NCBI GenBank assembly: GCA_963682135.1
Contig: OY821645.1
Coordinates: forward strand, 1,280,001-1,344,000
DNA from: Methanothrix sp.
GTDB taxonomy: Archaea > Halobacteriota > Methanosarcinia > Methanotrichales > Methanotrichaceae
Direction: 5' to 3'
Length of the DNA: 64,000 bases
The notes beneath the pieces are model-generated. The model made no database searches. It saw nothing but the letters and a program-made list of their open reading frames with translations, and was not told where the DNA came from. Below are positions 40,614 to 50,027 of the stretch, one piece after another. Numbering within the stretch: position 1 is the stretch's first letter; each line of letters begins with the position of its first letter. Made by a program: the position numbers and the translations under genes.

Positions 40614-41047
40614 GTCTGCTCCCTCGGAATGGTCAGTACTGGAATCTTGGAGCTTCTTACCACCTTTTCGGCTACACTGCCCAGCAGGAACTTATCAAGA
40701 CCACTGCGCCCCACCGCACCCATGATGATAATATCCATGCCATTCGACTGCGCATAGCTTACGATCTCGCTGCCGGGATTTCCCTCAACCACGACGCCCT
40801 CAGAGGCAACGCCCATATGCTTGGCCAGCGTTTCCACATGTTTCAAGGCCTCTTTTCCTTCCTTGAGCAGAAGCTCTCGAATGCTGAATAGCAGCATATC
40901 ATCCGGCAGATGGCTCGTCCGATTGGTGTCTGCTACATAGATTGCAGTAACCTTTCCGCCTGATATCTTTCCCAGCTCCAATGCCACTTTGGCAGCCCTT
41001 AATCCGTGCTCTGATCCGTCGGTTGCAACTAGAATCTTCTCAAACAT
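40610..41047 (-). CDS. Universal stress protein
   Basis: KILVATDGS, GNPG, IIMG..G, LLGSVAEKVVR. Confidence 0.95.
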   Translation of the reverse strand: MFEKILVATDGSEHGLRAAKVALELGKISGGKVTAIYVADTNRTSHLPDDMLLFSIRELLLKEGKEALKHVETLAKHMGVASEGVVVEGNPGSEIVSYAQSNGMDIIIMGAVGRSGLDKFLLGSVAEKVVRSSKIPVLTIPREQT

Positions 41048-41056
41048 GATTAACCC

Positions 41057-42112
41057 CTAAAAGATAGCTATTATGTCAGATTGTCCGGCCCTTCTCACAA
41101 TGCTGGAAAGAGACGACATGGATCCCCACATATTATCGGATTTTTTATCTATAACCATCACTCTTGCCTCTTTTCCTTCCCGAATGGACCCCAGCCTCTG
41201 ATCAAGCCCAGTCACTTTAGCACCATTTAGCGTGCACATCTTAAATACCTGTCTATCGTCATGCAGCAGAGCCTTGCTGATGAAATGCATCTCCTCAAAG
41301 ATGTCCGGCGAGTTCATCATAACATTATCCGTTCCCGCGGCAACGGTGATGCCTAAATCTAACATTTTTTTCACATTGGGCAGACCTACGCCGGTAACCA
41401 GATTTGACCTGGGACAGACGACGACTGGAATGCCGGCGTGGGCCACGTCCCTCAGATCCGCCTCTTGCGCCCTATTCATATGCACCAGGAAATCCGGATG
41501 GAGGGCAAGAGCTGCGCCAATATCATCATTACCGGCTTCGCCGGCGTGCACGCCTACCGCCAGGCCCCTCCGTCTAGCTGCCGCCACTGCCGCTCGAATA
41601 TGATCCGGATCATGGTCTCGAGTGCTGCTTATTCCCAGGCCCCAGCAATTATCCGGGCTATTTATCAGGCCGGGACCTGGCCGCCCCAGGATTCTGGCAA
41701 TAAGAGGCAGACCGAGCATGGCCTCTTGCAGCATACTCACGCCCTCGCCACCTCCTTCCCTAAAATCAGCAAAAGCACATGTGCCGGACGCAGCCATCAA
41801 TTGCAGGCTTCTTCTCATACCTTCCAGGAGGGCGGAGCGCGGCATTTGGGCTAGCTTTTGTGCCTTCAATCCACCGGGACCTACCAACTCAGAAAGCGGC
41901 AAAAAGGGAGGGTCCTTGAATGCGGAGTCGCCCACATGGACATGCGCATTCACGAAGCGAGGGCAGACAATGCCCTCATAGTCTGCATCTACATGCTCAG
42001 AGCCAAACTCCCGGATGATGCCGTCCCGGATGCAGATATAGCCGTCCAGTGGTGTGAAATCATCGCCATAGATTATGGTTCCTTGTAGCAGGATCTCGCG
42101 TGCCTCTGGCAT
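41057..42112 (-). CDS. Amidohydrolase superfamily protein (nucleoside deaminase-like)
   Basis: NAHVH, HAGE, VCPRSN, GTDN. Confidence 0.88.
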   Translation of the reverse strand: MPEAREILLQGTIIYGDDFTPLDGYICIRDGIIREFGSEHVDADYEGIVCPRFVNAHVHVGDSAFKDPPFLPLSELVGPGGLKAQKLAQMPRSALLEGMRRSLQLMAASGTCAFADFREGGGEGVSMLQEAMLGLPLIARILGRPGPGLINSPDNCWGLGISSTRDHDPDHIRAAVAAARRRGLAVGVHAGEAGNDDIGAALALHPDFLVHMNRAQEADLRDVAHAGIPVVVCPRSNLVTGVGLPNVKKMLDLGITVAAGTDNVMMNSPDIFEEMHFISKALLHDDRQVFKMCTLNGAKVTGLDQRLGSIREGKEARVMVIDKKSDNMWGSMSSLSSIVRRAGQSDIIAIF

Positions 42113-42307
42113 ATCGTGACCGCTCCCACGAATAAACTCGTCGGCATCTACGGTCTTTCAACCGCAATATATAGCTATGCCGCAGAACGAAAGTAATCTG
42201 GGCGGGGCACGATTCATCCCACCACTGATAAGAGGCAGGGATTCTCTCCCCTGCGCCCAAAATAGTCCTAAACTTGCCAAGCCGCACACGACTGAGGTGG
42301 CAAAAGT

Positions 42308-42985
42308 ACGACCAGGCCCTTTGTATTCATTAATAGCGCCATGAGCGCAGACGGCAAAATAAGCTCCTTTGAGCATAGCCAGGTTAGAATCTCCGGCCAG
42401 GCAGACAGGGCCAGAGTCGACCTTATCCGATCGGAGAGCGATGCCATCATGGTAGGGGTAGGAACAGTGCTGGCAGACGATCCCAGCCTGAGGGTGAAGT
42501 CGCAAAGCTCTCGCGAGGCCAGACGGAAGAAAGGCCAGCAGGAGGACCCGCTTCGCATTATTGCCGATAGCCGGGCAAGAACGCCTCCGTCGGCTAAGAT
42601 ATTAGGACCGGGATGCATCCTGGCCGCCGCCGGTTCTGCGCCCCAGCAACGACTGGACAGACTCTCCTCAACCGGGTCTGAGATAATAGTATGCGGAAAA
42701 GAGAAGGTCGATCTTTCTGAGCTGTTCTCTCAGCTTTTCGATCGTGGGGTCAAGCGTCTCATGGTGGAAGGAGGAGCTACACTCAATTGGTCGCTTCTCA
42801 ATCTCGGCCTGGTGGATGAGCTTTATGTCTACATGGGTGCGATGATCATCGGTGGAAAAAATGCACCTACCCTGGTGGACGGGCCGGGATTCAAAGAGCA
42901 CTTCCCCGGGCTGACCCTGAGCAGTGTGCAGCTGCAGGACGATGGAGTGCTCCTCAAGTGGAGAGTGCCAAGCAAGCCGTCCTGA
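42308..42985 (+). CDS. arfC: 2,5-diamino-6-ribosylamino-pyrimidinone 5'-phosphate reductase (RibD C-terminal domain), probable ACG start
   Basis: RPFVFINSAMSADGKI, DAIMVGVGTVLADDPSL, MVEGGATLN. The conserved N-terminus lies upstream of ATG 42341. Confidence 0.88.
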   Translation, partial: TTRPFVFINSAMSADGKISSFEHSQVRISGQADRARVDLIRSESDAIMVGVGTVLADDPSLRVKSQSSREARRKKGQQEDPLRIIADSRARTPPSAKILGPGCILAAAGSAPQQRLDRLSSTGSEIIVCGKEKVDLSELFSQLFDRGVKRLMVEGGATLNWSLLNLGLVDELYVYMGAMIIGGKNAPTLVDGPGFKEHFPGLTLSSVQLQDDGVLLKWRVPSKPS

Positions 42986-43022
42986 CGATCATTTGATCTT
43001 GGGATGATGTGCCCGACCGCGC

Positions 43023-43475
43023 CTAATCCTTCCTCACCACAAGCACAGGAATATGACTGCTTCGGACCACCTTATCGGCCACGCTGCCCAGGAGGAAACC
43101 TTCCAGTCCAGTAGCTCCTATTCCGCCCATGACGATGAGGTTCATATCGCCTTCTTTAGAGACACGGATGATGTCTTCGGCTGGATAGCCTTCCACAGTC
43201 TTTCGGGTCACGGCAATGCCGGCCTTCTCTGCCATCTCTTCTACCCTTTTTGTGGCCTTATCGCCCTGATCTTGCAGATTGCGTCTTATGCCTGCGATGA
43301 GGTCGTCGGCAACCTTTGAGACCAGATCTCCCAGGGGCCCATACTCCTTGCCGATATCCACCACAAAAAGAGCTGTTACGGCTGAGCCGTAGAGCCTGGC
43401 CATCTCTATTCCAGCTTCCGCGGCCCTCTCGCTATGCTTGGAGCCGTCGGTTGCAATCAAGATCCGTTCAAACAT
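43023..43475 (-). CDS. Universal stress protein
   Basis: RILIATDGS, GYPAEDI, LLGSVADKVVR. Confidence 0.95.
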   Translation of the reverse strand: MFERILIATDGSKHSERAAEAGIEMARLYGSAVTALFVVDIGKEYGPLGDLVSKVADDLIAGIRRNLQDQGDKATKRVEEMAEKAGIAVTRKTVEGYPAEDIIRVSKEGDMNLIVMGGIGATGLEGFLLGSVADKVVRSSHIPVLVVRKD

Positions 43476-43489
43476 GATCAGTTCCCTCT

Positions 43490-44191
43490 TCAGCTTCTCA
43501 TGAACTTATCCCAGCCCTCGTAATGCGTCTTGAGGACGGTGCAGATGTCTTCCATCATCGCGAAGGGAATGCCCACCACGACAGCCTCATCCTCCAGGCC
43601 GGAGTTTCTCGCTGATCCATCACAGCCAAAAGAGACGTTCACCTCTCCTTTGAGGTAGGGCGAGGCAGTGGCATCCACACAAAGGGACTGAATTCCCGCC
43701 GTATTGAATGTAGACCTGCCCCCCTCCTTGAACATGACCGCCTGCACTATTCGCCTGGCATTAAGCGGATTGCCGATAAATATCACCACATCCGGGTTCA
43801 TTGCCATCTTATCCAGGGGGGATACGTAGGTGGCAATTGTGCTGCCGGGAAGAAGGCGCGGCATATTGGCGGCGATGCTGCTGCCCACATCCTTGGTCTC
43901 GCATTTATGCAGCTTGTCGAAGTACAGAGTTCCGGAAGCGATGTTCTCCGGGCACTGCATCATCCCCAGCCCCGAGGCTCCGCCTTTGCATGCATGATCG
44001 TCGCCACGGGCAAGGAAGCTCTTTCCCTCCTTCCTCGCCTTCAGGATCATGCCGCAGTAATGGATGGGCTTGTCTGCGGTCTCAAGACCCTTGGGAATTT
44101 CCGCTTCACTCTTAAACAGTTTTACGCCAACGATATTATCGCGAATTCCCAGGGAGGACTTCAATATATCGGACATCTCTTCAAGATTCAT
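43490..44191 (-). CDS. DUF169-like protein
   Basis: VGVKL, HYCG, ACKGG..GLG, PDVV, QSLC, SFGCDGSAR. Confidence 0.8.
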   Translation of the reverse strand: MNLEEMSDILKSSLGIRDNIVGVKLFKSEAEIPKGLETADKPIHYCGMILKARKEGKSFLARGDDHACKGGASGLGMMQCPENIASGTLYFDKLHKCETKDVGSSIAANMPRLLPGSTIATYVSPLDKMAMNPDVVIFIGNPLNARRIVQAVMFKEGGRSTFNTAGIQSLCVDATASPYLKGEVNVSFGCDGSARNSGLEDEAVVVGIPFAMMEDICTVLKTHYEGWDKFMRS

Positions 44192-44356
44192 CTCAAATAC
44201 ACCGCATTTTAAGAGGAGCGAATGGCATTTCTCACTTGCGCTCTGGGGCAAGGATGGGAAAAATGCTGCAAGTTCAGTTTAGAGATATTGATATTGAGGC
44301 ATTGTCTAGATGGATAGTAAGAAAAATGAAAAAAGAAGAATATCAAAAAGTGATAT

Positions 44357-44779
44357 CTAAGCGGCCTTTGCCTCCTCAGGATAGCGGGAGACAATATTGC
44401 CTGTGGCATCCTTTAAGGTAGCCGTGTCGCCATCATTGTTCCAGATGGAAGAGCTGCGGTTCCAGAAGAGATCTACTGAAGTGTCATTTCCCGTTCCCGT
44501 GCGAATCTTGGCGACGCCGCCGGCTTTCAGGCTGAAATCCGGGAACTTGTAGGTGTGATTCTGTGCGTCCTCCAGCGTCCAGCCGATGAGGCTTACATCC
44601 GCAGTCCCCAGATTGGATATCTCCACCCATTCTTCATCCAGGTTCTCTTTCTCGGGACTTGGAGCCGCAAAATTGGCGTTGGTTATGGCGATACCGCTCT
44701 CTGCTCCCTGCACCAGTGCCGCCCCCAGGAATAGGACGGCGAGGGAGATTAGCGCCCCTGCAAATATTCGGTTATTCAT
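44357..44779 (-). CDS. Secreted lamin-tail-domain protein
   Basis: Signal peptide; EEWVEISN, L.GWTL.D, IWNNDGDTATLKD. Confidence 0.88.
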   Translation of the reverse strand: MNNRIFAGALISLAVLFLGAALVQGAESGIAITNANFAAPSPEKENLDEEWVEISNLGTADVSLIGWTLEDAQNHTYKFPDFSLKAGGVAKIRTGTGNDTSVDLFWNRSSSIWNNDGDTATLKDATGNIVSRYPEEAKAA

Positions 44780-45009
44780 CTTTGTTTCTCCAGATTGCTC
44801 AGTACAGTTTAGTATTTTTAATACTGATCAAACTTCAGTAATATAAATTTTTCGGAAGAGTAATTAGCAAGCATTATTATAACCAATCATCTTTGCAGCC
44901 GGGTTGGACCCCGTAAATCCAAATCATCAAAGACTGAAAGGCACTTTGGAAGAGACCCGGCACGAAGAGCCAACAGCTCTTTCCAGGGCCCTGGGCTCCG
45001 GTGCGCCAC

Positions 45010-45597
45010 ATGAATATATCAGTTGCAACAAACAGCCAGTACATGGAAGACGATATAATTTGTGAGAAGGCTATTGAGATACTCAATCCCGGCCGGCTCT
45101 ATTTCGCCCTCAAAGCCATGAGGACCTCGCCGGTTAAGATATCGTTTGACATGGGCGACCTGAATCTGACATCGGGCAACGTTTCTTCGCTGATAAGCAT
45201 CGAAGGAGATTTGCCGGAGGAAGTTCAGGGTATGCAGTGGTTTGTGCCCCTGGAGGATCTGTTGATATTGCAGGACCTGATCCAGCCGGATACATATTAT
45301 TGGGAGAGCAGGGCCATGGTTTTGGAGTGGCAGTGCGATCTGGTTGTGGATAGCACCATTGACGAGAAGAGCCCCCTGGAGACGCTCGAACAGGAGGAAG
45401 CCTATCGCGATCAGCTCCTGGTCAGCAATCGAGAGTACCGGGAACTGCAGATGGCATTGGATGACTGCAACGCCCACATCCCGCAGGTATTGTTCTCCAT
45501 CTATCCAGACCGACTGAATTTCGCGTTCAACTGTTCTGAGCACGACGAAATCGTGGGGACGATGATCCAACTGAAGAATCAGAAAGAGGCAAGATAA
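45010..45597 (+). CDS. Hypothetical acidic protein
   Basis: Open frame of ~190 aa with plausible codon usage, followed by a T-run; start uncertain. Confidence 0.6.
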   Translation: MNISVATNSQYMEDDIICEKAIEILNPGRLYFALKAMRTSPVKISFDMGDLNLTSGNVSSLISIEGDLPEEVQGMQWFVPLEDLLILQDLIQPDTYYWESRAMVLEWQCDLVVDSTIDEKSPLETLEQEEAYRDQLLVSNREYRELQMALDDCNAHIPQVLFSIYPDRLNFAFNCSEHDEIVGTMIQLKNQKEAR

Positions 45598-45651
45598 AAC
45601 TTTTTAGTATCGGCAATCTTCGAATTCGATTCCATTTCAATCCGTTAATCG

Positions 45652-45750
45652 CTCTGAGCCTCTGTGTCTCTGTGGTTATTGTTCAGTAACAGTAAAGTTA
45701 ATTAGGGCTAAGCATAACGGACCAAACCACAGAGGAGCAGAGACACAGAG
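45652..45750. repeat. ~99-bp palindromic (REP/MITE-like) element, copy 1
   Basis: ctctgagcctctgtgtctctgtggtt - 47 nt - aaccacagaggagcagagacacagag. Confidence 0.8.
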
Positions 45751-45965
45751 GCAACAGAACCATTTCGTCACCCACACCAAAGAGGGAGGGACCTTAATTG
45801 GGACGAGAGATTCAGAATGCTCCGCACTGTAGGCACTACATCCACCCTTGACCCGTGTTCAGCAAAGTTTCTGCTCGCGCCCCAGGCCTCTCAGGATGGC
45901 CATAATTCGCAACGGCAAAATGTTTTTCAGGTTATAGGTAAACGGATTATAAAAAGGGACTCCCA

Positions 45966-46628
45966 ATGAGAAATGAAATAATACTTATCTCAATTCTGCT
46001 GACGTTATTGCTGGCGCCACTGATTTTAGCAGAGCCCAGAGAAGTCTATGGCAAAGTGACCTATGTTGTGGATGGCGATACAATCCACGTCCAGATCCAG
46101 GGCTACGATGAAAGGATAGGTAATATCACAGTTAGACTAGCAGATGTTGATTCTCCCGAAATGAACACTCCGGAAGGCAATGATTCGAGGAACTATACTT
46201 ACCAAGTATTGAATGGCAAATTCGTCTACTTGGACCTCGATAATGTAACCGAAAGAGATCGATATTGCCGTTGGGTAGCTGTTGCATATCTCCAAGAGCA
46301 AGATGGTACGCTAGCGAACTTTAACCGGATGCTGGTTGACTCCGGTTGTGCCTGCATCTGTAATTTCACAAATAATGAATTTGATCCGCACACCTGGTGG
46401 AATGGAACCTACCCGTCATCTATCTGCATAAAATGTGATCCCTGCACAAAAGATTCCGGGTCATGTTCTGAGGGTTCGCTCGTCGGCAGTACATCATCGC
46501 GCAAATATCACTATTCTAGCTGCCAGTGGGCCAAGAAAATAAATCCGGCAAACTTGATCAGGTTCAACAGCACTCAGGATGCTGCAAACCAGGGGTATGT
46601 GCCATGCAAAGTGTGCAATCCGCCATAA
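45966..46628 (+). CDS. Secreted thermonuclease (SNase) with C-terminal Ada-type Zn domain
   Basis: Signal peptide; VVDGDT, VRLADVDSPE, DRYCR; KYHYSSC...GYVPCKVCNP. Confidence 0.9.
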   Translation: MRNEIILISILLTLLLAPLILAEPREVYGKVTYVVDGDTIHVQIQGYDERIGNITVRLADVDSPEMNTPEGNDSRNYTYQVLNGKFVYLDLDNVTERDRYCRWVAVAYLQEQDGTLANFNRMLVDSGCACICNFTNNEFDPHTWWNGTYPSSICIKCDPCTKDSGSCSEGSLVGSTSSRKYHYSSCQWAKKINPANLIRFNSTQDAANQGYVPCKVCNPP

Positions 46629-46779
46629 GGTTTCTCTCCCGCGCTGCCATTGACCAGTTGCACCTCCCCTGCCACTGAGCGAGGATCGCGGGTGCACATG
46701 TGACGCGCAGCCCACTTGCCAAGCTCACGAATCTAAATCGGATATTTCATATCCTTTGAAACCCGAATAGAATATTGGT

Positions 46780-47037
46780 ATGTTCGCAGAATACATTCAG
46801 GCTGCTTTGGAGAAAGCGCAATACAAGGTCATCGATAATGGCGACGAGCCATATTTTGTGGATGTTCCAGAATTAGATGGCGTATGGGCGACAGGCTGCA
46901 CTGTTGAAGAGGCACGCAGGAATTTCATCGAGGCTCTTGAGGATTGGATCGCAGCCCATCTGCTCTGGAATCTGGCACTTCCTCCAATTAGCGGTCAAAC
47001 CATAAGCGTCTCAAAGGAGCCGATACCTATTGCCTAA
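46780..47037 (+). CDS. hicB: HicB-family antitoxin
   Basis: VDVPELDGVWATGCTVEEA..NFIEALE. Confidence 0.88.
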   Translation: MFAEYIQAALEKAQYKVIDNGDEPYFVDVPELDGVWATGCTVEEARRNFIEALEDWIAAHLLWNLALPPISGQTISVSKEPIPIA

Positions 47038-47251
47038 GCTGTCTCCTGTATCGCGATCAGAGTTGATCCACCGACTGAAAGAGCTTGGATTTGAGGGCCC
47101 ATTTCCCGGCAAGAAACATCAACACATGAAAAGAGGGATTACACTGGCCATCATCCCAAATCCGCATGGGGAGAAAATAAGCGTCGATCTACTTTCGGAG
47201 ATTCTGAGAAAGGCACAGATCAGTAGAGATGATTGGTTTTCGGTGGCCTGA
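47030..47251 (+). CDS. hicA: HicA-family toxin
   Basis: LKELGF..GKKHQHM, IPNPH..I..LLSEILR; overlaps hicB. Confidence 0.85.
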   Translation: MPKLSPVSRSELIHRLKELGFEGPFPGKKHQHMKRGITLAIIPNPHGEKISVDLLSEILRKAQISRDDWFSVA

Positions 47252-47267
47252 TGATATCTAGGATTTT

Positions 47268-48755
47268 TTAGTCCCTACCTTTCCAAATCCTGATGATAAG
47301 TGCAATCCCTGCCAGGTTTATGGCCAGGATGAGTATGATCCCGATTATTCTCTTCCAATCACTCTTCGGCGCAGCCTTGCCGGCCAGATCCATCGCTACA
47401 TCTCCGTTCACCAGCACGGCCCACTCCCTGCCTCCGGCCATAAGGCTGTACTGCCCGCGCTCCAGGCCCCGGAAGCAGCAGTCCCCCGCCGCAGCGGCGT
47501 CCGCCAGATGCGCCCCATCCCGCCAGAGCGCGAGGCCCACGGGCGCGCCTGTCACGCGCAGCTCGTAGCTGTCTGCGACGGGCAGGCTACGGCCATTGCC
47601 GGAGAGGTTGCCGGAGATATTGAGCAGATCCATAACCGTTGGCGCGACATCGGTCTCAGACCAGCGGCCGCCCAGGTTCAGCTCCTCCACTCCCGGCCCC
47701 AGGAAGACCAAGGGCACGCGCAGCGCCTCCGGCCTGGCCGCATATTTATCAGCAGAGTGCCCGCCCTTGCCTGTCTCTGAAGGAAAGACCATGCCGTGAT
47801 CGGCGGTGACGGCTAGCAGCACGTTGCTTTTGCGGCAGATCTCGGCCAGCCGGCCCAGGGGCGCATCCAGAGCGGTGACCACTTCGCGATAGCTGTCCGC
47901 TCCCAGGTTCTGCCCGGCACTGTCCACCGCGCCCACATTCACCAGCATGAGAAAATGCTGGCCAGAAAGGTTCTGAACGGTGTCCGCTGCGGCGTCCAGA
48001 GCCCAGGCATCATAGCCGGCATAGCCTGCGGCGCCCTGCGGCGCAGAATACCGGGCAAACCTGTCCCGCCAGGCCTGAAATCGGTACCGGAGGCCCGTCG
48101 GCACGCCGGCCCGAAAGCCGGGAATAGGCTCGGCCCCGTGCAGGGAGTTGTCACCCAGATAGAGAACGCCGTCCATCTCCCGCAATACAGGCATGCTGTC
48201 TCCCCGCTCCAGAACGGCCAGACAGAGGTAGCCCTCAGCGTGCGCGAGGTCGAAGATGGTAGTCCCGAGTCGGTCGGGATTGGTTCCTGAGTTGCCGGTG
48301 ATGAGAATGCTATGGCTCTTGGTGGTCTCGGGCACGGGCACCCGCACGTCCACCGCCCGTGCCCCGCCGCCGGTCAGATTGAAGAGCACAGCCCCATTGA
48401 TGGGCGAGCCGTCCAGGGCGTAGGCGCGATGCTCCGGATAGACGTAAGACGCACCCAGCCCGTCCACTACCAGAATGACAGCTCCGCTGGGCTGGGCCAC
48501 GGGCCCCACCTGCACATCGATGGCACCGACTATGCTGGAAATTATGAATAATAATAATAGTATAGATGATAATAACAACGTAGTTGGCCTGCCTACTCTG
48601 TGCCTCTGTGTCTCTGTGGTTGGTTTTTGTATGCTATGGCTATCATCATCCCAGACAGCTTCAACAAAACCACAGAGGCACAGAGACACAGAGAACGAAA
48701 AAAGACTACCAGCATGCGATAATTTCGTCATCAAAAAAAGAAAAAGACGAATCAT
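47268..48755 (-). CDS. Membrane-anchored alkaline-phosphatase-superfamily metalloenzyme (start uncertain)
   Basis: LVVDGLG, PETTKSH, VDSAG, TADHG, GGH, DVAPT; hydrophobic N-terminal segment and C-terminal TM anchor. Confidence 0.78.
   Translation of the reverse strand: MIRLFLFLMTKLSHAGSLFSFSVSLCLCGFVEAVWDDDSHSIQKPTTETQRHRVGRPTTLLLSSILLLLFIISSIVGAIDVQVGPVAQPSGAVILVVDGLGASYVYPEHRAYALDGSPINGAVLFNLTGGGARAVDVRVPVPETTKSHSILITGNSGTNPDRLGTTIFDLAHAEGYLCLAVLERGDSMPVLREMDGVLYLGDNSLHGAEPIPGFRAGVPTGLRYRFQAWRDRFARYSAPQGAAGYAGYDAWALDAAADTVQNLSGQHFLMLVNVGAVDSAGQNLGADSYREVVTALDAPLGRLAEICRKSNVLLAVTADHGMVFPSETGKGGHSADKYAARPEALRVPLVFLGPGVEELNLGGRWSETDVAPTVMDLLNISGNLSGNGRSLPVADSYELRVTGAPVGLALWRDGAHLADAAAAGDCCFRGLERGQYSLMAGGREWAVLVNGDVAMDLAGKAAPKSDWKRIIGIILILAINLAGIALIIRIWKGRD
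48596..48693. repeat. ~98-bp palindromic (REP/MITE-like) element, copy 2
   Basis: ctctgtgcctctgtgtctctgtggtt - 46 nt - aaccacagaggcacagagacacagag. Confidence 0.85.
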
Positions 48756-48772
48756 CCAAGATCTGCAGATCT

Positions 48773-49960
48773 CTAGAAGTCCGTCATGACCCGGTACTGG
48801 TCGATCTCGGTCTGCTTGAGACCCGTCAGGAACTGCTCGGCCATGTCGCGAATATCCCTGGAACGGGTGATAGCTCGGCCCACCACCAGGATGTTCGCGC
48901 CTGCCGCCAGAGCCGCGCCCTCGGTATCCACCCGAATGCCGCCGGCGACTGCCACCAGCAGCCTGCGCCCTTCTTTGGCAAGAGCCTTGATCTCGCCGAT
49001 GTTGCTCCAGGCGTGCGCGCTCTTCTCCATGTCTATTGCCCGGTGCAGCTCGACCACATCCGGCAGAACTTCGAGGCCCTTCAGAACAACCAGAGGATCA
49101 GGCACATTGAGCATATCGATGATGCTATAGATGCCGGTCTTCCTGGCCTCCCGGATGGACAGTTCGATCGTCTTCTTGGGAGCAAGGCCCGATATGACCA
49201 CCGCGTCCGCCGCGGCGTCTGCTGCCAGACGCACCTCCAGGTTTCCGGTATCCAGAGTCTTCAGATCCAGAATGATAAAGGCACCCGGCCTTATGGCGCG
49301 AATTTCCTTGACAACACTCATGCCCAGCATTTTGACCAAAGGCGTTCCCACCTCGATGAGAATGTGATCGCTCTCCGGCAGAGCGGCGAGCACGCGGCGC
49401 ACCTCAGCCAGGTCCACCAGATCAAAGGCCACCTGCAAGTATGGCGGATCCCACAGCCGTGTGACACGGAATCCCATGATGGGATGAGTGGAGCGATCCT
49501 TCTCGTAAAGCATCAGATTTACATCCGGGAATCCAGCCATAGCCCTCTCCAGGGCCAGCTTGGTTGCCCCGTAGTTGTAGCGATAGATAGCATCGTAGTC
49601 TTTTGCCTGGGGATGAATAAACACGGATACGATTATCAGCAGCTCTTCGGCCTTATCCTTGGGAATTATGCCTTCAGCTACCGCATCCGCCACTGCTTTG
49701 GAGACGGCCATCTGGGCCGGCCCGAATATCTGGGCGGCTTGATCCATATTCTTCACGGTAACTTTGGGAACGATAAGAGTGGACGGCTTGGGCGGCAGAT
49801 TGGGCCGAATAACACCTAAGACGGGCGTATGCCCTGCCGAAAGCTGCGTGAGGCCAGAGGCAAATGCCGTGGCCACCGGTCCCTCCTTATCTCCAATTAT
49901 CAGATCGATATGTGCAATCTCAGGCTCTTTTCCTATGAGAGCCTCTCCGACTAAAAACAA
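48773..49960 (-). CDS. fae-hps: Bifunctional formaldehyde-activating enzyme / 3-hexulose-6-phosphate synthase
   Basis: GEALIG..EIAHIDL, PKVT, FGPAQ, then LQVAFD, EVGTPL, DLKTLDTG, ELHRAID. Confidence 0.95.
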   Translation of the reverse strand: MFLVGEALIGKEPEIAHIDLIIGDKEGPVATAFASGLTQLSAGHTPVLGVIRPNLPPKPSTLIVPKVTVKNMDQAAQIFGPAQMAVSKAVADAVAEGIIPKDKAEELLIIVSVFIHPQAKDYDAIYRYNYGATKLALERAMAGFPDVNLMLYEKDRSTHPIMGFRVTRLWDPPYLQVAFDLVDLAEVRRVLAALPESDHILIEVGTPLVKMLGMSVVKEIRAIRPGAFIILDLKTLDTGNLEVRLAADAAADAVVISGLAPKKTIELSIREARKTGIYSIIDMLNVPDPLVVLKGLEVLPDVVELHRAIDMEKSAHAWSNIGEIKALAKEGRRLLVAVAGGIRVDTEGAALAAGANILVVGRAITRSRDIRDMAEQFLTGLKQTEIDQYRVMTDF

Positions 49961-50027
49961 AAAGATACACCTCGAAAATGAGGTGAGCCATCTCTCTATT
50001 TTAATCCTTTCTCACGAGGCGCGCCCA

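Noticed and set aside
42120-42300. FMN riboswitch upstream of arfC
   Set aside because: No FMN riboswitch consensus visible; only a short hairpin and an IS-end-like motif
45652-45750. Palindromic elements as CRISPR repeats or simple terminators
   Set aside because: Arms are inverted, not direct; the ~46-nt loop is too long for a simple terminator
48584-49819. 411-aa plus-strand ORF
   Set aside because: Antisense shadow of fae-hps
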